A stretch of DNA of 64,000 nt. It comes from Paragordius varius. Lineage: Eukaryota > Animalia > Nematomorpha. Below, piece after piece: positions 52,031 through 64,000 of this stretch (positions are counted from its first letter, which is position 1; the number at the start of each line of letters is the position of its first letter). Location: the NCBI GenBank assembly GCA_964247055.1, contig OZ176051.1, forward strand, positions 12,648,001 to 12,712,000, given 5' to 3'. A model generated the notes under the pieces. That model saw only the letters and a program-made list of their open reading frames with translations, did no database searches and was not told the DNA's origin. The position numbers were made by a program, and so were the translations under genes.

Positions 52031-52999
52031 TATATACATAGTATTAGCAATTCTTTTTGACAGAAATGTTTATAAAAAAATGGAAAAATTATTTTTGATA
52101 TCCAACCACCGTTTAAACACAGAAATCAACAAATTTCATATACATATAGTAGTAACTTTACATGACAAATTTTTGTTATATATATATATATATATATAAA
52201 TGATTGCTTGTAAATAAATTGCAGTACTATTTTTAACAATTATTTATGTCTAAATGATAACAGGCAAATCTAATTTGGAGTTCGCATAATCTGTACATAC
52301 CAATAGGGACACAAAAAATATTTATCTTGTCTTAAGGGCCCGGCACCATAAAATACCGATAAATATTTCATAGCAGTTTGACATATTCAAGAAACTTACA
52401 TAAAAAATTAATAAATAATACAGGGATTAGTGCCGCATGCGGCCGACTGATCTATGTCAATGTAGATTTCCCCCTAATGACTCCCTTTACCTAATAAGCT
52501 TTAATAAAAACAGAGGCAATATACTAATTAACGTACGCTGATGACATTACGGATTATGATTATTAAATAAATTTTAGTTAACATCAAATATTTTATCAAC
52601 CTACAAATTTGTGATATATTTATTCATAATGAGAACACTAATAGAGTTAATTTTATTGAAATCATAAAACTAAATTAAGTTTTTAGTCCTGTATGGCTAC
52701 CTTCACAATTAAACACGTAATATTTGTGTTTTAAGTGTGGTCTAAGCTTCCTCCCTCCTTCCAATCAAGTTATCCAAACGAAAGGGAAAAAATGTTGTTA
52801 ATCCGTATGATGTTAATTAAAACTTTCCCGTATTCCTTTGCTTATTTTCACAAATTTATTTACATCTTTCTCCTTGAGACGGGTATATTTATTGTATAGA
52901 ATGTTATTATCTGGTGTAATAAAAATTGTGCCATATATATATATATTGTGCTCTAATGTGTGTGGTTAATTGAATATAAAAGGTCAATTATTTATATTA

Positions 53000-53850
53000 G
53001 GTTAAAAGCTAATTGGTAGGTTAAATAATTAATATGAGGTCAAAAAATTGGTAGGTTACACGTATATCATCTCTCTTTTCTTAAGTTTTAATTCAAACTG
53101 TTTATCTGGCGGTTTTATCTGTTTCTCTTGATAGCGTCTTGTGTGGAGGTTCCATTTGATTATTATTACTGTTTTTACAGTGGGGCCAGATGAGCCATTG
53201 GATTCTTGGGGATCAGGGAATCGTCTGGCTCATAGATGTTATTATCATCACGTTGCTTGTCGACCGGGTTAACACCGGTAGCTTTGTATTTGACAAAAGG
53301 GTTTTATTCGAAGATCGGTGCAGCTTGCAGTGTTTTAGACCACTGAATTTGACAAGCAAGGCTATTTATGGGAGTGAAGGGCTCTTGTTTGGGTATCGAG
53401 GTAGCATGTCCGCCATCTTAGACTACCGCTCACGGTTTTATCACATATTGTCACTACCAACTTGTCATCAATGGAGTTTCGACCACCATCACAGGCAACT
53501 CTGTAATCATTGCCATCGTCCGTTTATATTCTTAATTGATCCATCTGCTTTCGTAGCTCTTTTATTCTTTCATCTTTTTATAAGAAAATAGGCAGGTTCG
53601 ATCTAGGACGGTCGCTCTCACCCTGCTTCCAACTCCCTTTTTATAAAACTTTATAGCCTGTAACGAATTCTCTGATAGTATCGGGTGTATCTTCTGTAAA
53701 ATCACTGGTTTTACCCTTCATCCACGAGCACGGTGTTGATATATTTCTCTTAAGAAAGAGTCGTGCCGGTGTTTCATTTATACCATTGTTATATGCTGAC
53801 CTATCGGTGCAATACTTTCACACAAGACCTCAGAATGCAAAAGACATATT
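53000..53850 (-). mobile_element. Gypsy integrase C-terminal/3' relic, inverted relative to 54050-55260
   Basis: Its reverse complement aligns with 54760-55150 (AAACACCGGCAC, GGGTAAAACCA, TAGATCGAACC, AAAAGAGCT.CGAAAGCA, GTGATGGTGGT); possible PPT AAGGAGAAAGA|TGTA at 52864. Confidence 0.6.
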
Positions 53851-54049
53851 GATAATTTTTTAAAAAAATGCTCATAAGTAGAAAAACATAATTCCTTTAT
53901 TGAAAAGGAGGGTAGGGCTATATTGCTAGCGGAGGATAAATTTAAAATTTACAACGCAGGATAATTTCAGTTGAGTACCGATCACAAACCTCTTGTTATA
54001 CTATTTGGTCATCAAATAAGCCAAAAATAGTATATTAAGCAGAATTTCG

Positions 54050-55260
54050 AAAAAATCTGCTTTTGATTAAAAATCTATTACCCAAGCTTTTAAAACTTAA
54101 AAATGCATTGTCAAGGTTGCCCATCAATGAGCCTAAGAAGAAAAACAAGGAACAGTTCGATTATTATGGTGTCAAGGTTTAGATATAAACAAAGAAAGTG
54201 CGAACATACGGGGGCAGATGACCAAGTAAAAAAATAAAGTCAGATCTATGAAGTAATGATTGGAATAGCTCTTCGCTAAATACTTATATATCATTAAGAA
54301 ATGAGATTGAAGAATTATAACGTTTACTAAATATGAATTATATGGTTTACTATACATAGGGGACCGCCTTATAATTCCACACAAAGGTTCGGGTACCCAA
54401 GCACTGAAATCCCTAGCAAAAAGCGGAGTTTTATGGTCAGAAATAAATAAGATAATTGAAAATGGATTTAACTCTGTCAAAAACTTTGCCCGAATTTTGC
54501 AAAAAGCCCTACATACGCATGAAAAACAATTAATACGGTATCGGAAAGGCTTAGACCGCTGCACTTGGTAGAAGTAGAACAATTAAAAATGTCAACACTT
54601 TAAATATTTTAAAATTAGAGAGGTGTTTAGCCAGATATGGCTTCTTAAACATGATTGACACCGAGAATGGGTCTTATTTCAAATCATTTAATTTCGAAAG
54701 ATTATTGATCATCAAATATTAAAGATGTAACCTTAGTGCCCTACCACCCTCGCACAAATGGTCTGGTATGACAGTCATTCAAACATTTAAACACATAAAA
54801 ATATGTGTCTGACGAGATTTTAGAGCCGGAGCGCAAAACCAAGTTTTATGAGCATATAGGATAGCTTACCGTAATGGCATGAAGAAAACACCGGCACTAT
54901 TTCTTAATAGAAATTTACCAAAACTGTTTGGATATAGGGTAAAACCAATGATTTTGCGAAAGATAAACCGGATAGAGTGAAAAGAAGGGACAATGGTAGA
55001 TCGAACCTCCTTATTATCTTATAATCTCAAAGATGATAGAAGAAAAGAGCTGCGAAAGCATACTGATGTAAGAACAAGAATTGACAGAGGAAATGATTAC
55101 AAAGTTGGTTGTGATGGTGGTGGAAACTTCCTTGATGACAAAGGTTCCATTCTTAAACCATATCGGCTCCAGTTCTAAAATTAAATCCGGTTCCATTCTC
55201 AGATTCTTAGGAACCAGCTCGGGTTTGGCTCAAACTGTCCAGGAATCGATTCGCCACCAT
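54050..55260 (+). mobile_element. Gypsy integrase relic
   Basis: Zn-finger remnant near 54350-54500; core motif VPYHPRTNGLV (~54735-54770); C-terminal YNLKDDRRKELRKHTDVRTR. Confidence 0.7.
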
Positions 55261-55315
55261 CAATGCTTTTATTTTTAAAAATTTGTTATTTATATCATAA
55301 TTCAAATTTTATTAA

Positions 55316-55417
55316 ACAATTTGCACTTCAAGAGTGTCCTTACTTAAAGATGGTCCTTGAACATTTCAACTTAGTCTTTGATTGAAGTGTTAAAGGACAC
55401 TCTTGAAATGAAAATGG
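55316..55417. mobile_element. ~100-bp minimal member of the 21-bp-repeat MITE family
   Basis: CACTTCAAGAGTGTCC ... GGACACTCTTGAAATGAAAATGG|TA, near-identical to the TIRs of 35146-35852. Confidence 0.65.
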
Positions 55418-56068
55418 TATTTAAATTTCCAATTTAATAAGATGATCACAATTTTAATAATTGTTGCTTAATTATAATTTTAATAAAATGATAATATGAT
55501 AACATTTTTTTTCTCGTATCCGATTGAAATTGAATTGCCATGTTGACAAATTTCTGAACAACTTCTTATAAAACTTTAGAACCATACATAAATATTTGTA
55601 GATTTTTCTAGATAATAAAAACATTATATCTCTCAATTAATAAAATAGACAGGAAAAGGGAAACAATAAAGTCCAAGTCTTTGAAAATAAAGTATCAACT
55701 TAAAATAAATCCACAACTTTTACAAAACGATATACTATAGCGTCGACAATCAATTACCCATAAGGGAAATGTGCCACATTATATTTTAGTAATACTCAAC
55801 CTAAAACTGTTTTTTTCTGATACATTTTTGTAAGCTTACATTAGCGGTACATATTGTGACTCACAATATTGTAAGTGCTTATATAATAAAAAAGAATATT
55901 GCCATTTCATATAACGTGATACCAATTTAACGTATTTATGTTTAACAGTCAAGTATTAGGTATCAATTTATTTGACCCGATTATTGGTAATTTTTAGACC
56001 AATGGTATATATATGTGTGTATATACATATATATATATATAATATATATATGTATATATATACATATA

Positions 56069-56529
56069 CACTGTGTGCAAAAAAGACGGTCAATTTTTTC
56101 AAACATAATAGTTTTTTTTAATTAGATAGATTATGACCAGCAAATTCATTTGCCGCAAAATTTTTATTTTGTTGACGACCTAGTTTTTGATATATTAGAG
56201 AAATTCAAAATCTGGCAAAAAGTGAAACAATTCAAAATATTATGATAAAAGTTGAGATATTATGGTTTATTATCATTTTAGGAAATATTTTTAATATATA
56301 AATAGCCTAAATAGTTAGGTCTATTTAATCTCAGTTCAAAAGATGCGGTTCTTATAACATTAATATTTTTAGAATTATCCTTAATTATCACTTTTGCCCG
56401 ATTTATTTCTCTCAATATTTTAAAAACTAGGTCGTAAACAAATAAAAAAAATTTTGGCAAATGAATTGACTGTTCATAAGCTATGTCAAGGAAGAAAATT
56501 ATTTTGATAAAAAAGATTTGCACAAAGTG
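56069..56529. mobile_element. Tc1/mariner-type MITE
   Basis: TA|CACTGTGTGCAAA ... TTTGCACAAAGTG|TA. Confidence 0.6.
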
Positions 56530-57544
56530 TATGTATAGAAATCCATGTTTATATCTTCTCCAAACCTAAGCCTAAACGCCTACCTAGTATTATATTGGCC
56601 ACAAAACTCTCTTAACTTATGGAACTCAGCTGTTGCAAAGATGTACTATATATAATTGATAATACTACTGACGGCTTTGTTGATAATATCATCAGAGTTG
56701 TATTCAATAATAATTATTTTCATTTATTTTACCATATAGATAAAGCCTAAAATAAATTTTTATATAATAAAATATTATAATCATAGGCCTATGTCTTTTA
56801 AAAAGCTGGATTAAAATGCTTAATTATTATAAAATGTATGCAAAACCAGAAAACCAGTTCCCAATATAAAAAAACTCGTTCCAAAGGGTTAATAAAAAAC
56901 AAGCACGGATTCCAGTTCCAATCGTCCAACCATTTGAAGCCAAGCAAACATCCATATTTTCACCAAAATTTTTTTATGGCAAAACTAAGCAGTATATATA
57001 TATATGGATAAATTTATTGTGCAAGCATTTTTATGTTTATTTTAAGTGAAATAGGCCATTTTAGAACAGCAAAGTTTTTCGCAATCAAAACCTAGGGCTA
57101 AAATATTATTTATAAAGATTGTTTTACTTTTTAATAATTTTAATATTTTTGTATTGAGGCATCCAACTCCCACCAAAAAAATTTATTAACAAAAAATTTG
57201 CCATTCTCGGATATGGAGCAGTTACTACAAAAGTGTAAATAAGTATCACTCGTACGGGCCAGAATGAATACCATAATAATCTTACATTTTTTCAGATTTT
57301 TTATATGGATATTAACTGTGTCATACAATTCGACAAAAAACTACACTATTTATTTATACATTAATAATTTATGGACAGGTATATATCATAAATATGTTAT
57401 TGAATTGTACCAAGCGTATTTGCTGCCTGTTGCATCAATTGAATACCTATTATAGAAAAAAATTGTTAAAATAAAAATATAAGGATTTTAATATACGTTA
57501 ACAATAAATGATTTTACTGCAATTAATAAAATTCATACCATTTA

Positions 57545-57579
<35 letters not shown>

Positions 57580-58748
57580 GGCTATTTGGGTTGCCATTAT
57601 ACATAGCGATGGTTTTAATATTATATATTTGTTTTACTCTTGCAATATACGATACAAGTCGAATAAGAAAAACTGGTATATAATTTTTAAATTTACAAGC
57701 CAATTTCGAAAATGGTTTTAAGCGGATACAAAGAACATTTAAGAAAGAATGTGACTATCCCTCCAAATCAAAACAAACATAAAATTGAATTGAAAGAAAC
57801 AAACTAGTGAAAATTTAAAAACGAATAACATTTTTATCAAATAATAAAAATTATAAACTGTATAATGCATGATTTATTCAGTGTCAAAATTTAAGGTCCT
57901 TGGTAAAGTTGTTTCATAATGAAATTTCTACGCATACAACCTTCCAGTCTCTCCTGGGGTGTGGAGTACGGTTCGTATTTAGAAATTATAATTGAATCTT
58001 TTTCATCTATAATCCCTTTATTTTTTAAACATAGTTTTAATCTTTTGATATTGGTAACGTTAACGAGCAAACAGCTTTAAGGCTCAAATGTATCATCCAA
58101 ATTGGTAATAAATATCTTAGAAATTTACTACATGCCTTATAACTTAAGAGATTGGCGGTTATAACAAGTCAATTAGCATATAAACTAAAACAAAATTAAC
58201 GAGTAAGAAATATATTTATTACTCTTAAGGTATACCAACCCAGAGCGGTTTCAAATATAAAACATCTCTCAAGGTCACCAAGTATTTTTTTATTTTTTTT
58301 GAATGGCCAAAACTGTAGAATAGATTTACAATTAACTTTTTGGATTAAGGTTCGCAATATCTCGGAGAATTATTTTAAAATGAATATAGGAATAAATCAC
58401 ATTCTCTACATCAGAAAGTTATAAAAGTTAAAATATAATTTAAATTTATATATTATCCAAGTTTATATGTTAAAAATTTTACCTACATATAAATAACACT
58501 TAGGATCATAATTTAAGCCAATAACCCATATGATAAGAAAATTTACAACATAATATGCATAGGTGAAATAATTCACAATAAATACAAATATTAGGAAAGT
58601 TTTATACAAACAGACATATATTTACCAACACGCGCATATCATAGAATTGACTTTAAAGAAAGAGAAATCTAAATTATTGGGAATGTTAATAATATAAGTT
58701 ATTTTTATTCTGGCTTCAGTCATTGTTATTAGTTCTTTATAATGGCGG

Positions 58749-59357
58749 CTAATTATTTATATTAAAACCAGTGCTGACTCCTATAAATTTCCCTTTTATT
58801 TAACAAAAATTAAATTCTTACAAAAAAACTCCGAAATAAATTTTTTTACCAGCTTGTGTTTGATGTTGTACAAATTGTTGCGAAGCATTAAAAAGCTGTG
58901 TTTGAGAATCATTATTTATTTGTAGCTGGTCGCTATTAGATATATGTTCAGAAGGATTTATCAAACCCTGGGTGCTGTCATTTAAGGGATGCGAATTTGA
59001 GCCAATTTTTATCTTTGATTCTTCAATTGCTTTATTACGTAGCGTTTGACGAATTTGCGACCTATAAATGTAAAAAAATATCGTAAATAAGACGTTATTA
59101 GACATACGTAGTTTTATTTCTTATGCGTTCACAAATATTTTCGATATCATCAGCAAAATGTTGAATGGATGATTTTAACATGTCAATATCTTCATCGGTC
59201 CATTTACCACTTTTACTAATTATAAAAATAAATCAATAGAGAATTACGGGGAAGCTTGGTCTAATGGAGAATTCAATTGCATTGCTAATTCTCCAAGTTT
59301 GCTAAAAGCTTCACCTGCAGCAGCAAATATTTCGCCAACCTTTGCGGGAGAATTCAT
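58749..59357 (-). CDS. BAP18: Chromatin complexes subunit BAP18 (C17orf49, SANT-like), 153 aa
   Basis: Exons 59357-59248, 59215-59108, 59061-58850, 58780-58749 (introns 32, 46, 69 nt). MNSPAKVGEIFAAAGEAFSKLGELAMQL...GKWTDEDIDML..SIQHFADDI..ICERIRNKTTSQIRQTLRNK resembles human STKVGEIFSAAGAAFTKLGELTMQL...AKWTETEIEML. The last exon is less certain. Confidence 0.9.
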
Positions 59358-59421
59358 GTTTTAACGCTGATATAATGAATGAATATTAAATCTGCACGGA
59401 TACCAACGCATACGGTTTCGA

Positions 59422-59984
59422 CACTTGGATGGCAACATAATCATTTCAGTCCTTCGATTTGGGTAGTTAGATACTTCAAACTTGTTTCAAATTAAATATT
59501 TCGAAAAATATAGAATAAATTAAAACCATGGCAAAAGTTTGCCCTTATATAACATTAAACCGAAATAAGGAGAAAATTATTCAAAAATACTTGATACTTA
59601 TTAAGAGGTACAACCTAAAGGTAACAATTTAGTCAACATGACATATGTGCATAACCTGAATATAAAAATAATGCAAAATAGACATCTTTTTCTATTCATA
59701 TCAATGTTAAATGTGAATTTAATAAAAAGGTAAACTTAGTATTGGGCTTAGAATTAAATAAAAACGATATTTTGCAAAAATGGTGTGAAATAAAAATGGT
59801 GTCCAAGTAGTTTAATACGAGAATTTTTTCAATATCATAAATTTAGATATTTTAGCCTATTTACATAATCTTTATTAGGATTAAATTAAAAAATTAAATT
59901 GGACCGTTTCTTTCAGTAGTTTTTGAGAAATATCAACTTGAATATTGTCTGGGGTATTTAGAGAGCCCAATTTGAATCGAAGTG
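59422..59984. mobile_element. piggyBac-like MITE, copy D, immediately upstream of BAP18
   Basis: CACTTGGATGGCAAC ... GAATCGAAGTG; interior colinear with 1965-2512; TTAA flanks are degraded. Confidence 0.6.
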
Positions 59985-60237
59985 TATAAGAAATAAAAAA
60001 AGGCCTGATAATACTTTATAAATCCAATTTAACACTCTCATGGCCTTTGGAAATTTTATATCTCAGAGCTATTTAAAATGTGAATATTTTAAAAAGATTA
60101 GGAAGGATGAATTAAATTTGTTTTCGTTAACCTTTTTGCATAACCAAATTTTTTTACAAAATGTAAAATTGTGAATTCTACTCTGAAAATATTTTGCCGG
60201 TATTTAAATTTTTTATATCACCAATACAATAGGCAAA

Positions 60238-63200
60238 TCTATATATATTTATAAAAATAGAAAATGCTGGCTTTGTGATCTGGTACAGGAAAACCGGTAG
60301 ACCCAATCAAATCCAAATATCGAAAAAATATAATCATTAATAAATGTCCCGACAATAGCTTCGCCCTTTTTTTGAAATAGGCCCCCAGTTCGGGCCCACC
60401 CCGTATGAAAAACGGGTTTTTTTTGAAAACAGAAGTCCACAAAATCGTGTTTTTGAGACAATTTTCCGGAGAACGTGTTGAACCATTCAATTTCAAATAT
60501 AATTTTTGTTTACTTATTTTCGATTGCGCCGAACATAGTCGAGCCACTTTTTTGATTTAGGCCCTCTTTTTACCCGCTCCCCCCGTAAAATGCCATTTTT
60601 TTCAAAAAACAAAGTCCACAAAAATAATTTTCTAAATCGATTTTTCGCCCTAGGTATGAGACCGTAAAAATTCAATAAAGATTCCACGTATTCCCTGTTA
60701 AAAGGCAAAAATTTTAGTCCACCGTTTATTTGATGATAGCTGCTGGGTAAGGAGCTACCCGCTAAAAACTGATTTTTCATATAACTTTGTGAACTGTTTC
60801 CGGAAAACCGGTGATCCCAATCAAATCCAAATATCGAAAAAATATAATCATTAATGAATGCCCCGACAATAGCTTCGCCCTTTTTTGGAATTAGGTCCCC
60901 AGTTCGGGCCCACCCCGTGTGAAAAATGGGTTAAGTCAGTTTTTTGGAGAACGTGTTGGACCATTCAATTTCAAATATGAATTTTGTTTACTTATTTTCG
61001 ATTGCGCCGAACATAGTCGAGCCACTTTTTTGATTTAGGCCCTCTTTTTACCCGCTCCCCCCGTAAAATGCCATTTTTTTCAAAAAACAAAGTCCACAAA
61101 AATAATTTTCTAAATCGATTTTTCGCCCTAGGTATGAGACCGTAAAAATTCAATAAAGATTCCACGTATTCCCTGTTAAAAGGCAAAAATTTTAGTTCAC
61201 CGTTTATTTGATGATAGCTGCTGGGTAAGGAGCTACCCGCTAAAAACTGATTTTTCATATAACTTTGTGAACTGTTTCCGGAAAACCGGTGATCCCAATC
61301 AAATCCAAATATCGAAAAAATATAATCATTAATGAATGCCCCGACAATAGCTTCGCCCTTTTTTGGAATTAGGTCCCCAGTTCGGGCCCACCCCGTGTGA
61401 AAAATGGGTTAAGTCAGTTTTTTGGAGAACGTGTTGGACCATTCAATTTCAAATATGAATTTTGTTTACTTATTTTTGATCGCGCTGAACATAGTCGAGT
61501 CATTTTTTTGATTTAGGCCCTCTTTTTACCCGCTACCCCCGTAAAATGCCATTTTTTTCAAAAAAAACAAAGTCCACAAAAATATTTTTTTGATTGTATT
61601 TTTTTGTCCACGGTATGAGACTGTAAAAATTCGAGAAAGATTTTTCGTATTGCCTGTTAAAAGGCAAAAATTTTAGTCAAGCGTTTCTTTGATGATAGCT
61701 GCTGAGTAAGGAGTATCTATCATATGTATAGCATGTTAAAAGATATATGGATATTAATACATTATTTATCCTCATCTATCTATCTATATATTTATAAAAA
61801 TGGAAAATGCTGGCTTTGTGATCTGGTACAGGAAAACCGGTAGACCCAATCAAATCCAAATATCGAAAAAATATAATCATTAATAAATGTCCCGACAATA
61901 GCTTCGCCCTTTTTTTGAAATAGGCCCCCAGTTCGGGCCCACCCCGTATGAAAAACGGGTTTTTTTTGAAAACAGAAGTCCACAAAATCGTGTTTTTGAG
62001 ACAATTTTCCGGAGAACGTGTTGAACCATTCAATTTCAAATATAATTTTTGTTTACTTATTTTCGATTGCGCCGAACATAGTCGAGCCACTTTTTTGATT
62101 TAGGCCCTCTTTTTACCCGCTCCCCCCGTAAAATACCATTTTTTTCAAAAAACAAAGTCCACAAAAATAATTTTCTAAATCGATTTTTCGCCCTAAGTAT
62201 GAGACCGTAAAAATTCAATAAAGATTCCACGTATTGCCTTTAAAAGGCAAAAATTTTAGTCAGGCGTTTCTTTGATGATAGCTGCTGAGTAAGGAGTCAC
62301 ATTTTTGATTTAGGCCCTCTTTTTACCCGCTACCCCCGTAAAATGCCATTTTTTTCAAAAAAAACAAAGTCCACAAAAATATTTTTTTGATTGTATTTTT
62401 TTGTCCACGGTATGAGACTGTAAAAATTCGAGAAAGATTTTTCGTATTGCCTGTTAAAAGGCAAAAATTTTAGTCAGCGTTTCTTTGATGATAGCTGGTA
62501 AGGAGTATCTATCATATGTATAGCATGTTAAAAGATATATGGATATTAATACATTATTTATCCTCATCTATATATTTATAAAAATGGAAAATGCTGGCTT
62601 TGTGATCTGGTACAGGAAAACCGGTAGACCCAATCAAATCCAAATATCGAAAAAATATAATCATTAATAAATGTCCCGACAATAGCTTCGCCCTTTTTTT
62701 GAAATAGGACCCCAGTTCGGGCCCACCCCGTATGAAAAATGGGTTTTTTTTGAAAACAGAAGTCCACAAAATCGTGTTTTTGAGACAATTTTCCGGAGAA
62801 CGTGTTGGACCATTCAATTTCAAATATAATTTTTGTTTACTTATTTTCGATTGCGCCGAACATAGTCGAGCCACTTTTTTGATTTAGGCCCTCTTTTTAC
62901 CCGCTCCCCCCGTAAAATGCCATTTTTTTCAAAAAACAAAGTCCACAAAAATAATTTTCTAAATCGATTTTTCGCCCTAGGTATGAGACCGTAAAAATTC
63001 AATAAAGATTCCACGTATTCCCGTTAAAAGGCAAAAATTTTAGTCAAGCGTTTCTTTGATGATAGCTGCTGAGTAAAGAGTATCTATCATATGTATAGCA
63101 TGTTAAAAGATATATGGATATTAAAACATTATTTATGGTAATCTATATATTTATAAAAATGGAAAATGCTGGCTTTGTGATCTACAGGAAAAACGGTAGA

Positions 63201-63294
63201 CCCATTCAAATCCAAACTTCGACCCCCCCCCCCCCCCCCCCCAGAAGTCCGAAGGACTTCCTCGGGCTGCGTAGCAGCACGAGATTCACGCTAG
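60238..63294 (+). repeat. Head-to-tail array of the Helitron-like element (four 5' termini, one 3' terminus)
   Basis: A|TCTATATA(T)TTTATAAAAAT(A/G)GAAAATGCTGG at 60238, 61783, 62567 and 63142; internal 478-bp tandem duplication (60514 vs 60992 ORFs); hairpins plus CTAG|T at 63244-63295. Confidence 0.8.
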
Positions 63295-63829
63295 TAAGTG
63301 TATAATTTGGTTAAAATATGTAAATGATTATCTTTAGTAAGCTTCAATGTTACATTTCAACTGAAAAAACTTTATATTTATTAATTTAGCTGTTTAGTTA
63401 GCCGTATTTGGAATACCAATTTTATCCTCTAAAAGTTACTAAAAGGTTAAAAATACAATTTTTACTAGCGAACAGTTTTTGATAATTAGATTTCAACCAC
63501 AATAAATTTTAAAACAAAAATTTATTTACGAGATTGAGCTTTAGGAATTCCCCCATATTCTGGGACAAAAAAGTGATAATAAGTGTAAACAGTCCATTAC
63601 CTTCTGGGGAATTTTATATTCGAGAGCGAATTGAAATTTGCAAATATATTTTAAATTAATAATATATTGGATGGTTTAGCTTAAAACGATCAAGAAACAG
63701 CTGATCTCTTTAAAACTGCTCATATTTTCGGTCAATATAATCGATATTCCTTACAAAATGCTAATTAAACTTTTCAAAATATTTTAAATATATAAACTTT
63801 AATACAACAAAATTTTCCTTCAATAACAT

Positions 63830-64000
63830 TTTGATTCGAATTGGGGTATCTAAATACCCCAGACAATAATTGATATTTTTAAAAACTAGTGAAAGAAACA
63901 GTCACAATTTAAATTTATGCTTCTTTCCTCATAAAAATTATATAAAAACGCCGAAATGTCTCAATATAGTTTTGAAAAAAAGTTCCGCATCAACCTACTT
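63830..64000. mobile_element. piggyBac-like MITE, copy E (runs off the window)
   Basis: TTCGAATTGGGGTATCTAAATACCCCAGAC...AATTTAAATTTATGCTTC...GAAAAAAAGTTCC, colinear with 37020-37180. Confidence 0.6.

Noticed and set aside
53190-53591. 133-aa plus-strand ORF
   Set aside because: It is antisense to a Gypsy 3' relic that aligns with 54760-55150.
56560-58300. Locally GC-richer patches and ORF 57140-57328
   Set aside because: No coherent exon chain could be built; some motifs hint at a decayed CR1-type LINE but cannot be supported.
60239-62874. Repeated ORFs MARLCSAQ..., MSQKHDFV..., MKNQFLAG... (also 25359-25616)
   Set aside because: They are chance frames in the Helitron-like repeat, have no recognisable domain and are disrupted in the copy at 4095.

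Overview
AT-rich eukaryotic (invertebrate animal) genomic DNA; the taxon cannot be determined from the window. Six spliced genes were reconstructed by hand with consistent GT-AG phases: MYDGF (17.0-17.6 kb, +), UQCRC2 (26.4-33.1 kb, -, 12 exons), an SPC25-like gene (33.2-34.2 kb, +), a Lines/LINS1-like gene (34.2-36.9 kb, -), an unusually long Mmp1/MT-MMP-type metalloproteinase (44.5-52.0 kb, +, 11 exons, ~963 aa) and BAP18 (58.7-59.4 kb, -). There is also an intronless orphan 7-TM ORF (14.3-15.2 kb). The rest is a layered transposon landscape: a non-autonomous Helitron-like family (two dispersed copies, a head-to-tail array at 60.2-63.3 kb and a 153-bp mini copy), a decayed Buster-type hAT with TIR/TSD, a mariner in an MMP intron, Gypsy and LINE relics, and several MITE/foldback families. 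The most striking signal is a class of ultra-short spliceosomal introns (24, 28, 28, 29, 32 nt) required by four unrelated conserved genes, alongside ordinary 70-1800 nt introns. No rRNA, tRNA or CRISPR array was recognised. All family assignments rest on manual translation and remembered motifs; no database search was run.
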